A stretch of 62,000 nt of DNA from Malacoraja senta. Lineage: Eukaryota. The translations under genes were made by a program, and so were the position numbers. The notes under the pieces are model-generated. The model was given only the letters and a program-made list of their open reading frames with translations, did no database searches and was not told the origin of the DNA. Positions 1 to 11,142 of this stretch are shown one piece after another; position 1 is the first letter of the stretch; every line of letters starts with the position of its first letter. The stretch spans positions 496,001-558,000 of the forward strand of contig CM075995.1 of assembly GCA_038087875.1 (NCBI GenBank), given 5' to 3'.

Positions 1-981
1 CCCCATGACCTGCGTGGGTTTTCCCTCGAGGTCTTCGGTTTCCTCCCACACTCCATAGACGTACAGGTTTGTAGGTTAATTCGCTTGGTAAATGTAAAAA
101 TTGTCCCTAGTGTGTGTAGGATAGTGTTAATGTGCGGGGATCGCTGGTCGGCGCGGACCCGGTGGGCTGAAAGGGCCTGTTTCCGCGCTGTATCTCTAAA
201 CTAAACTAAACAGTGATAGGTTTTCAGAAGGTAGACACAAAATGCTGGAGTAACTCAGCAGGTGAGGCAGCATCTATGGAGGGAAGGAATGGGTGATGTT
301 TTGGGTCGAGGCCCTCCTTCAGATTCAGGTTAAGTATTAAACTGTGTGAGCAGAGTTGTACCACGGGGCTGACATGGTGGTGTGGCTGTAGAGTTTCTGC
401 CTTACAGCGCCAGTGACCCGGGCTTGACCCTGACTACGGTTGCTGACTGTATGGAGTTTGTATGTTCTCCCCATGACCGCTTGGGTTTTCTCCGGGAGCT
501 CCGGTGTCCTAACAAATTCCAAAGATGTGCAGGCATTGCTCCTCTCCAGACATGCTGCCTGTCCCGCTGAGTTACTCCAGCATTGTGTGTCAGCCTTCGA
601 TTTAAACCAGTTCTTTCCTACGGGTTTGTAGGTTAATTGGCTTGGTATAAGTGTTAAATTGTCCCCAGTTTGTGTAGGGTGGTGTTAGTGTGTGGAGATC
701 GCTGGTCTGTGTGGATTCGGTGGGCCGAAGGGCCTGTTTCCACGCTGTATCTTTAAACTTATTTGAACAACCAGAGGGAGAGAAAAAAAAGTGTGATTTA
801 CAGAAAACCCTCATTATTAATAGTACATCCCCAAATGATTCTTAATGATGGTGTAGCTCAGCGGGTCGAGACCCGAAAGTTCGCCCATTCCTTTTCTCCA
901 GAGATGCTGCCTCGCCCGCTGAGTTACTCCAGCATTTTGTGTCTACCTTCGATTTAAACCAGCATCTGCAGTTCTTTCTTA

Positions 982-1312
982 AAGCCTTGTCCCACAGTAT
1001 GAGTTCATTCCAAGAGCTCTCCCGAGTTTGCCCTGATTCGAACTCGGAGATTTACGGTAATGGCCGCTCGTCGGTACTCGGGGCTCTCGTGGACATTTTT
1101 CAACATGTTGAAAAATTTTCATGAGTCTTCCCGAGCTTACCTGCCATTAGCGAGTCTTCCCGAGTACCTGCCGTTAGCGTTACGAGCCGCTAAGAGACGT
1201 CCCCGAGCTCCGACGTACCCGCTACGTTCATTCTCCGTGCTTACTACGAGTTTGATTTTTTTTAAACTCGGGAGAGCTCTTGGAATGAACTCGTACCGTG
1301 GGACATGGGCCA
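982..1312. mobile_element. PIF/Harbinger-type MITE
   Basis: Long imperfect TIRs (TGTCCCAC...GTGGGACA); TTA on both flanks. Confidence 0.75.
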
Positions 1313-1964
1313 TTACCCAAATGATTCTTAATACTTCACAAAGCTGCCCCATCTCTTCTCAAGAAAAACACACTTCCTCAGGCTATGTCAAAGTGTTAAG
1401 AAGCTAATGAATTACTGTTTTGTCAGCACTTGTGTTGATAACAGCCAAGCTGCCTTGCAGATTTTTCAGTCCATGTAAATCATGAAAGGGAAATTCTTAC
1501 CAGATCAGTCATTGCCCTGGTAAATAAATGCCTTATTCAGGAAATGAATCATAGAATATATAATACAGAAAAATACAGAGTATGAACAGGCCCTTCAGCC
1601 CACAATGTTTGTGCTGAACTTGCTGCCAAGCTGAACTGATCTCATCTGTCTGTACATGATCTAAATCCCTCTGTTGCCTGCTCTTCCATGTGCCTATCTA
1701 AAAGCCTCTTAAATGCCACCATCCTATCTGCCTCCACCACCACCCCTGGCAATGCATTCCAGGCCCCCACCACCCTCTGTGTAAAAAAACCCATTTTGGA
1801 TTGAACTTTTCCCTCTCACCTTCTAGCTACGCCCTATAGTGTTGGACATTTCCACCCTGGGAAAAAGATTCGGACTGTCTAACGCATCTATGCCGCTCAT
1901 AATTTTATATACTATCGAATCTCCTCTCAACGTTCCAAAGAAAAAAAACAGCTGACGTTCCAGA

Positions 1965-2805
1965 GAAGAAAATTGCTGTTGATGAGGAGTGCAGCGTAGA
2001 TTCACCAGGTTAGTTCCCGGAATGGCGGAGCTGACAGGATCACATTGAATGGCGGTGCTGGCTCGAGGGGCCGAATGGCCTACTCCTGCACCTATTGTCT
2101 ATTGACATATGATGAAAGAATAATAATAATAATAATAATAATCATTTTATTTACTGGCGCCTTTCTAAAACCCAAGGACACCTTACAATGCATAGAATCA
2201 CAACAAAACAAAAAAAACACATAATCGGAATAAATTAAATAAAAAAACACCACAGTACACAAATCAAGGACAGAATTCAATTTCAAAAGCACCAAAAGAA
2301 AATAAGAAACACAATTTGAGGAGAGAGCAGCGGCGACCAATTCGCGCCAGCGTCCACTCTCCCCTCCGACCGAAAGAATAGGTCGACTGGGCTTATACTC
2401 AACAGAATTTAGAAGGATGAGAGGGCATCTTATAGAAACATATAAAATTCTCAAGGGATTGAACAGGCTAGGTGCAGGAAAAATGTTGGGCCAGTCCAGA
2501 ACCAGGGGTCACGGTTTAAGAATAAGGGGTGGGCCATTTAGGACTGAGATGAGGAAAAACTTTTTCACCCCAGAGTTGTAAATCTGTGGAATTCTCTGCC
2601 ACAGAAGGCAGTGGAGGCCAATTCACTGGATGTTTTCAAGAGAGATTTATATTTAGCTCTTGGGGCTAAAGGAATCAAAAAAGGACATGGGGAAAAAGCA
2701 GGAATGGGGTACTGATTTTTGGATGATCAGGCATGATCATATTGAATGGCGGTGCTGGCTCGAAGGTCCAAATGGCCTACTCATGCACCTATATTCTATG
2801 TTTCT
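1965..2805 (+). mobile_element. CR1-clade LINE 3' fragment with nested insertions
   Basis: GVQRRFTRL...RTRGHGL...NLWNSLP and CR1 3' UTR. Interrupted at about 2123-2372. Confidence 0.75.
2123..2372 (-). mobile_element. Short retroposon with L2-like tail
   Basis: Ends GAAAGGCGCCAGTAAATAAAAT(TAT)n and is flanked by a GAAAGAATA duplication. Near-identical forward copy at about 21285-21532. Confidence 0.75.
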
Positions 2806-2949
2806 AAAATCCAAGCTTAACCAACCTCCTCCTGCAGCTGAGACCCTCTTATCCAGGCAGCATTCTGGTAAACATCTTCTACACCTTCTCCGAAGCCTCC
2901 ACATCCTTCTTGTGAAGGAGTGCCTAGAACTACACATGATACTCCAAAT

Positions 2950-3347
2950 GGCCCATTCTTGGTCACGTGTGTGACCGGGGGGGGGGGGGGGAGATGGAAA
3001 ATGGTGGAATAAATCTCTTCTAATTCTGAAAGCATTACAGGTATATTGTTTTGTGCTGCATATATGATTCGTATTTTTTTCGGTTTATCAAGTGAGATTT
3101 TTATATATGTTATGCCGACAATGTTTGTTTAGGGTCAGAGATCAAATATGACTGGTCACGAGTGTGACATCAAACGGAGGCGTTTTACAAACTCTGTGAA
3201 TTTTAAAATGTTCATATGTGTAGCAGACATGCATTATTATAGTTCTGTAGGTAGAAAAAATAGCAATGAATGAGATTAATCTCTTACAATAATTGTTTTA
3301 ATGTATCACTTTGTGATGTCATCTGGTCACTTTCCAAAGAATGGGCC
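2950..3347. mobile_element. Non-autonomous DNA transposon with 4-bp TSD (Sola-like)
   Basis: TIR GGCCCATTCTTGG / CCAAAGAATGGGCC with AAAT duplicated. Removal restores the CR1 sequence TACTCCAAATGTGGCCTAACC. Confidence 0.65.
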
Positions 3348-5044
3348 AAATGTGGCCTAACCAAAGACCTCTAGAGCTGCATCCTGACTTCCAAACTCTT
3401 ATATTCAATGCTTCTAGCAATAAAGGCAAGCTACCAAATGCCTACTTTACCATGATATGAACTTGAAATAAATAAAAATGAAAGCATTAAAGAGATCAGT
3501 AAGTGGGCTGAAGGGCCCGTTCTTGCAATGTACTGTTCTATGAAACATTATTCGGTTTCAAACAGGAGTTCTGGAAATACACACAAAATGCTGGAGTAAC
3601 TCAGCAGGACAGGCAGCATCTATGGAGAGAAGGAATGGGTGATGTTTCGGGTCAAGACCCTTCTTCAAACTCTTGAATCAGTTCTAGAATACCGACAGAT
3701 AATCTAGAAAGCTCTGAGCCAGAAAATAAGTGGTCTTAAACTCTTCCATTGACCCATTAATAGAATGGCTCTCATTGATTCTATTAGCGTTTCAAACGTT
3801 GGTAGTTTTCTTGACCTCTAGATGCATTTCTAACCATTCAACCACATCACCATATGACATAGGTGTAGATTTAGACGATTCGGCCCATCGAGTCTGCTCT
3901 GCCATTCAATCGTGGCTGATCTATTTTTCCCTCACAACTCCATTCTGCTGCCTTCTCCCCATAACAAAGGTTTACAAAGATGCCTTTAATAATCAAGAAT
4001 CTCCTCTTTACAAATACTGAAAGATTTGGCTTTCACCTCCATCTGCGGCAATGAATTCCACTGATTACGTCACCCTCTGGCTAAAGAAATTCCTCCTCGA
4101 GAATATCTATTTCCAAAGCCTTTGGAAATCACCCAAATCATATTGCCTCTGTCCTAACTTGCATTCATTCCAAGTGTCTACTGAACTAATTAATCCACGT
4201 TAAGATGAATACATATTTTAACAAGTCAGCAATCAACTCCATTCTGCAATCTGCTACACACATTTTTATTTCTACAAATTAAGCCAGTTGAGGCTCCCTG
4301 GCGTTAATAGTTCCTTCACAAGTTGCGATACATTAAGCATCAGGGTCATAGAAAACCACAATTCCATTGACAGCCTCCACAGCCTTCCGTGTCAATGTGA
4401 ATTCCACAGATTCACCACCCTCTGACTAAAGAAATTCCTCCTCATCCCCTTTCTAAAGGTACGTCCTTTTATTCTGAGGCTGTGCTCTCTGGTCCTAAAC
4501 TCTCCCGCTAGTGGGAAACATCCTCTCCACATCCACTCTATCCAGGCCTTTCACTATCAAGTTTGAATGAGGTTTCATCCTTCTAAACTCCAGCAAGTTG
4601 AAGACTTTAGAACTAGGTGATTATAATTGCGGGATGGAATGTCAAAGAGTGTTTGATTGTTACATGTTCTATGTTCTATTAGTCATAGAGTCTTACACTG
4701 TGGAAACAAGCCCGTCGGCCCAACTTCCCCACTCCGAGCAACATGTCCCATCTACACTAGTCCCACCTGCCTGCGTTTGGCCCATATCCCTCTAAACCTG
4801 TCCAATCCATGTACCTGTGTAAATGTTTCATAAACGTTGCAATAGTCCCTGCCTCAACTACCTCCTCCGGCAGCTCGTTCCATACACCCACCACCCTTTG
4901 TATGAAAAAGTTACCCCTCAGGGTATTAAATCTTTCCCGCCCCTCACCATAAATATATGTCCTCAGGTTCTCTATTCCCCTACTCTAGGCAAGAGACTGC
5001 GTTTAACCAATCTATTCCTCTCATGCTTGAGCACTATTAGATAG

Positions 5045-5818
5045 AATGTCTTTTATTGTCATTCAAACAACTTGGTTTGAACGAAATTTCATTTCCTACA
5101 GTTTTTACATTACAAAAAAAACCAAGACCCACACTTAACACAATTTACACAAACATCCATCACAGTGAATCTCCAACACCTCCTCACTGTGATGGAAGGC
5201 AAAGTCTTATCTCTTCCCTTTGTTCTTCTCCCGTGGTCCAGCAGTCCAACTGCAGCGTCGAGGCGAACTGGGGCTCCGATGTTAAGCCCCCGGCGGGCGA
5301 TGGTAAGTCCCGTGGCCGTTTAAGCCGCGCCGGGCGATGTTAGGCCCCGCTCCGTGTCCTTTAAACCCCGTGATTCCAGTGGGAGAAGTTGCCGTTGCGG
5401 AGCTCGGAAAAGCGGTCTCCCACCAGGGACCTGCGAGCTCCCGATGTTCCCGTCCACCGGGCCTGCAGCCGGAGCCTCCGAAGCTCCAAAGTCAGGTCGC
5501 CACCACAGCTCTTCCCGCTCCAAAGACGGCCAGCTCCGCAATGTCAGGTCCGCAGGCTCCGCGACTGGAGCCCTCAAGTTAGACCCGGCCGGCTCCTCGA
5601 TGTCAGGCCCAACGACAACGGAGACCCGACAGGGAAAAAGTCAGGTCCCCGCACAGGGAAGAGATTAAACGGTTTCCCCCACCCCCCCCCCCCCACCCCA
5701 CATATACACAGCTAAAAAAAATAATAAAAACTAGCTCAAGACATACATTTAACAAGATAATAAATTTAAAAAAGACAGACGACTGTAGTCGAGCCGCTGC
5801 CGTTGGGCGCCGCCACAC
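5045..5818 (-). mobile_element. Composite GC-rich non-autonomous retroposon
   Basis: Same head, T-rich and G-rich blocks, CCTTCCATCACAGTG box and GACAATAAA tail as 25702-26943, but a different GC-rich core. Confidence 0.7.
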
Positions 5819-6199
5819 CCATTATTACAAGCTTGATCATTGTAAAGTTCAAGAATCACTCAAAATACAAAGCAGCGAACACCAACAGAATCTAACAGAA
5901 TGACACCTAGGTTAATTACTAGGTTCATCAAGGCCGGGTGGCTAATGAAAAGAATGTTTACCTTGTAAATGCTAGCTCATCATTCAATAACAATTCCGTG
6001 TTTCAACACTGAACCCTGAATGAATGTTCACACACCTTCAAAAAATCTCATCAGCATACTGCTTGTCATTTTAATAGTGAACACATTTATCCAATTAACA
6101 CCAAATTGACAAATGCACAATTTATGCTGCTATGCTGTTATAATTATCTTCAGAATATAGGTCTAAAATGCCAAGATGCTTAATCTAGAAGCATAATTC

Positions 6200-6510
6200 G
6201 GGGCAGCACGGCGGTAGAGTTGCTGCCTGACAGCGCCAGAGACCTAGGTTGGATCATGACTAAGGGTGCTGTCTGTACGGAGTTTGTACGTTCTCCCCGT
6301 GACCCGCGTAGGTTTTCTCTGGGTGCTCCGATTTCCAACACTCCAAAGACGTGCAGACTTGTAGGTTTATTTGCTTTGGTAAAAAAATCGTACAAATTGT
6401 CCCCAGTGTGTGTCGGATATTGCAAGTGTGCGGGATCGCTGGTCGGCGCGGACTCGGTGGGACAAAGGGCCTGTTTCCGCGCTGTATCTCTAGACTAACT
6501 AAAATTAAAC
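6200..6510 (+). mobile_element. HE1-like SINE
   Basis: Same consensus. Confidence 0.8.
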
Positions 6511-6825
6511 AGCATTTGCCTTCCATAATTCTCGAAAGGTCGAAAATGTGAAGATGCTTAATCTATAAACTGTAGTGGGACACCCACAAGTAAAGGGTGG
6601 AGATACCATGCTTCCACAACTAGTCAAACTTTGGCAATGAAAACAATGGCAGCTAGAGTAGGAGGTTTAATTTTTTCCACTTTGACATTCAATACAAAAG
6701 GGATAAAATGCTTTCAAATCAAGTCATTATTTCTGTTTAAAGTTGTGCAACACTCCACTTAAAAACAATAGTGATAAGCAGTTAAAATCACTACAATTTG
6801 CTGGAGTAACTTAGCGGTCAGGCAG

Positions 6826-7815
6826 TCCCGTTTATATCAACGGGTCGATGGTGGAAAGGGTCAAGAACTTCAAATTCCTGGGCGTGCATATTTCCGAAGA
6901 TCTCTCCTGGTCCCAGAACACTGGCTGATGCAATCATAAAGAAAGCACATCAGCGCCTCTACTTCCTGAGAAGATTACGGAGAGTCGGATTGTCAAGGGG
7001 GACTCTCTCGAACTTCTACAGGTGCACAGTAGAGAGCTTGCTGACCGGTTGCATCGTGGCTTGGTACGGCAACCTGAGCGTCCAGGAGCGGAAAAGGCTG
7101 CAAAAAGTTGTAAACACTGCCCAGTCCATCATCGGCTCTGACCTCCCTACCATCGAGGGGATCTATCGCAGTCGCTGCCTCAAAAAGGCTGGCAGTATCA
7201 TCAAGGACCCACACCATCCTGGCCACACACTCATCTCTCCGCTGCCATCAGGTAGAAGGCACAGGAGCCTGAAATCTGCAACATCTGACAGATTACTGGG
7301 TACAGTAAGCACAGTACCTGGAAACAAAGGGGAGGCCTCCATTGTGTCCGGAAACGTGGCCGTCGGGCAGGACTTCAGGTCAGACTGAAGCGCACGGGGA
7401 CTTCGGCCCCCTCTCCCTACTATCCTACTGGCCAATGTACAGTCCCTTGAAAACAAAGTGTAGTCAATGCCTACTATGTTCTGTTGTGCTGAAGCAAAGC
7501 AAGAGTTTCATTGTCCTATCTGGGACACATGACAATAAACTCTCTTGAATCTCTCTTGAATCTTGACATCCAGGTTCAGGAACAGTTACTTCCCCACAGC
7601 CATCAGACTATTAAACACAACTTCAAACAAACTCTGAACTATAACAGCCTATTGCACTTTATCTGTTTATTTATGTCTGTATATATATATTCTATGGTAT
7701 ATGGACACACTGATCTGATCTGTATTTATGCTTACAATATTCTGTTGTGCTGCAGCAAAGCAAGAATTTCATTGTCCTATCTGGGACACATGACAATAAA
7801 CTCTCTTGACTTGAC
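6826..7815 (+). mobile_element. Rex1/Babar-like LINE 3' fragment with nested insertion
   Basis: Encodes NFYRCTVESLLTGCIVAWYG...PSGRR with a GACAATAAA-CTCTCTTGA tail. Interrupted at 7286-7565. Confidence 0.85.
7286..7565 (+). mobile_element. Internally deleted Rex1/Babar derivative (endonuclease start fused to 3' tail)
   Basis: Encodes LPTILLANVQSLENKV then joins the LINE 3' UTR. Flanked by an ACATC duplication (7281-7285, 7566-7570). Confidence 0.75.
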
Positions 7816-7957
7816 CTCTGGAGAACATAGTTGGTGACAAAGAAGGGTCCCGACCTGAATCAATGCCTATCCATGTTCTGCAGTTTGGAGAAGGAAGAGG
7901 GACACATCTGGATGATATTGGATACTTTTGTAACTTTGTCAGCTCCCTATACGTGGT

Positions 7958-8359
7958 CGGGTACGGTCAGGTCGGGGGGAGTTCCCCCCGCCACGGGTAC
8001 CATGTAATCCCGTGCTACCTGCTCCATGGTCAGATAGTCGACGACTAAACCGTCTCCCCCACCTGGTTTGCTAGGTGAGGAAGGGGCTCAGCAGGACCAA
8101 AAACAAGACCTGTCAAAGGGCGGATGAGCTCCTAGCGAGACAACGGCCATCCACACTTCAGTAGAAGTTGCGATCACTGTCGTACATAGCGTGCTGTAGA
8201 ATGATGAATAAGCACACGCACCAAAATCCTATACTTCCAGCGGCGGAAGTCCGCAGGAACTGGAGGACAGAGATGTGTGGTGCGTCCGTCACCGTTCCCG
8301 TTGGAAACCAGCACCACTGCGTCGCTAATGTTTTCAACGATGATGAATGAATGAATGAA
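7958..8359 (+). mobile_element. 402-bp non-coding retroposon, RTE-like 3' end
   Basis: Exact 10-bp TSD TATACGTGGT (7948-7957, 8360-8369), (TGAA)n tail, no tRNA A/B boxes recognised. Confidence 0.75.
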
Positions 8360-8983
8360 TATACGTGGTAACTCTTTGCACATTTGTGTATTGCATGCAA
8401 ACAAAGAATTTCACTATAACATGTCCAAGTGACAATAAAGTATCAATCAATTGCTCAATTAATTTAAGGCACAATTGCTAAAATTTCAAGAAGGGTCTCA
8501 ACCCGAAACGTCACCCATTCCTTCTATCCAGAGATGCTGACTGAGTTACTCCAGCATTGTGTGTCTATCTTCATTGCTAACATTTCTTTAGCTTCTGCTT
8601 CCTGGAAAATAAATGACTTCAAACACCAGAATCATCTAACCATCGATGGAAAAACTGTGCTTATAGTGTAAACCATCAAAGTCATACCATCAACACGGAG
8701 TTCTTGTGCTAACAAAGGTTCAGATATTACTTTCAATTAATTGTACACAAAAATAAAAGATCAAGTTTTCATTGTTAGTACCGGCGGCACAGCGCCAGAG
8801 ACCCAGCCTCGATCCTGACCACGTTTACTATCTGTACGGACTTTGTATGTTCTCCCTGTGACCGCGTGGGTTTTCGCCGGGTGCTCTGGCTTCCTCCCAC
8901 ACTCCAAAGATCTACAGGTTTGTAGGTTAATAGGCTTCAGTAACATTTGTAAAATTGTCCCTGGTGTGTGTAGGATAGTGTTA

Positions 8984-9199
8984 TGGGCCCGTCCCGCTTA
9001 GGCGACTCTTTAGGCGACTGCCAGGGACTAGTTTTAATGGAATTCACTTACGACACCTGGCGTCAACCTACGACAGCACCTGCGTCAACCTACGACAATC
9101 TACGGCAACCTATGACAGCAAAAATTGTCGCCACATGTTGAACATTTTGTGGCAGTCGCCTGTAGTTGCCCAAAAAATCGGCTAAGTGGGACAGGCCCA
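8984..9199. mobile_element. PIF/Harbinger-type MITE nested in a SINE
   Basis: TGGGCCCGTCCCGCTTAG...CTAAGTGGGACAGGCCCA. The TTA TSD is confirmed because removing the element restores the SINE consensus GATAGTGTTAGTG. Confidence 0.88.
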
Positions 9200-9816
9200 T
9201 TAGTGTACAGGGGTGATCACTGGTCGACGTGGACTTGGTGGGCCGAAGCCCCTGTTTCCACGCTGTATCTCTGAAGTATAACGTCTAAAGCCAATGTTTT
9301 TTTTCCTGTTCTGTTCTTAATACGTTAAAAAGGTATTGAAGGACAGCTAGGAAAGTAACATCTTAGACTCCTGTACACAGAGTAATTTCATGTCACTTTG
9401 TGTCCTCGAGAACAAGCCCTTTCAAACTCTCACTTTGTGCGGTTCCCATGACATAGTGGCCATCTGCCCAACAATAATCACTTCAAGATAAGATCAGGGC
9501 GAGAAAGTGAGAGAAAACAAATAGTCTTTTTAACAAGGGTTTGGTGGCCATGCATTTAAGTTGGCAAATGCTGGAGAGAAGTTAAATGTCGCCGATCTAT
9601 CTGCTTGCTGCTGCCTGACATAAAGCCTTTAAAATATGAAAGACAAAAGTATAATAACGGTGCAAATCAACACTCGTGATGAGAGCACAATCTGCTGTGA
9701 TATTGAGTGTCATCAAAACGAGGATCAACCATCCCAGCAATTGTGCTTATACTGTAAACCATCAAAGTCATACTATCAACACAGAGGTATTCTACAAGCA
9801 AAGGTTCAGGTACTAC

Positions 9817-10118
9817 TTTGTTTAGTTTAGAGATACAGCGTGGAAACAGGCCCTTCGGCCCATCGAGTCCGCACCGACCAGCAATCCCCCGCACATTAAC
9901 ACTATCCTACACACACTAGGGGCCATTCACACTTACACCAAGCCAATTAACCTACAAACCTGTATGTCTTTGGAGTGTGGGAGGAAACTGAAGATCACGG
10001 AGAAAACCCACGTGGTCACGGGGAGAATGTACAAACTCCGCACAGACGGCACCCGTAGTCGGGGTCGAACCTGACTCTCCGGCACTGTAAGCGCTGTAAG
10101 GCAGCAACTCTACTGTAG
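9817..10118 (-). mobile_element. HE1-like SINE
   Basis: Reverse-complement copy. Confidence 0.85.
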
Positions 10119-10169
10119 CCCATTGAATTAATTGTACACCAAAAGATCAAGTCTTCAATCCTGGCACAA

Positions 10170-10461
10170 GCGGCACGGTGGCGCAGCGGTAGAGTTGCTG
10201 CCTTACGGCGCCAGAGACCCGGGATCGATCCTAACTACGGGTGCTGTCTGTGTGGAGTTTGTCCCTTCTGCCCGTGACCTGCGCGGGCTTTTTCCGGGAG
10301 CTCCAGTTTCTGCCCACACTCCAAAGACGTACAAGTTTGCAGGTTGATTGGCTTCGGCAAAATTGTAAATTGTCCCTAGTGCGTGTGTGGGGATCGCTGG
10401 TTGGTGCGGAATCGGTGGGCCGAAGGTCCTGTTTCCGCGCTGTATCTCTAAACTAAACTAA
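10170..10461 (+). mobile_element. HE1-like SINE
   Basis: Full-length copy of the same consensus. Confidence 0.85.
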
Positions 10462-10832
10462 AAGTGCTGGCAGAAGAATCGTGTAAACAATGAAATGGGA
10501 CTGCTTGTATTTACACAGCAATTCTCATGCCTTCACTACATTCCACAAGCACAGTATAACTAATAACTTTGCAATCCCAACCCTTATGATTCAATCTTGA
10601 AACCAGGAGTAAAATGCAATCAGGATAGAGGTCGAGCAATAGTAAAAAAAAAGACTCGAGAAATGAATGAAATGAAAACAAGAAACAAATGACTATGATT
10701 TGTACTTTTCTGAATATAATTTGTTCTCAATCGAGCTACAGAAAGAGAGCCCTATCAAAACCCTGACCGAGGTTAGCACGAAAAATTAATTTCAACTATT
10801 TCTGCTTAGTGTTGTTAGAAACTGCAGGCGCA

Positions 10833-11142
10833 GTTTAGTTTCGTTTAGAGATACAGCGCGGAAAAAAGTCCCTTCGGCCCACCGGGTCCGCGCCGACCAG
10901 CGATCCCCGCACATTAACACTACCCTGCACACACCAGGGATAATTTACATTTATACCAAGCCAATTAGCCTATAGACCTGTACGTCTTTGGAGTGTGGGA
11001 GGGAACCGGAGCACCCGGGGAAAACCCACGCGGTCACGGGGAGAACGTACAAACTCCGTTCCAGGCAACCGTTGTCAGGATCGAACCCGGGTCTCTGGCG
11101 CTGTAAGGCAGCAACTCTACCGCTGCACCACCGTGCCGCCCC
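10833..11142 (-). mobile_element. HE1-like SINE
   Basis: Reverse-complement full-length copy. Confidence 0.85.
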
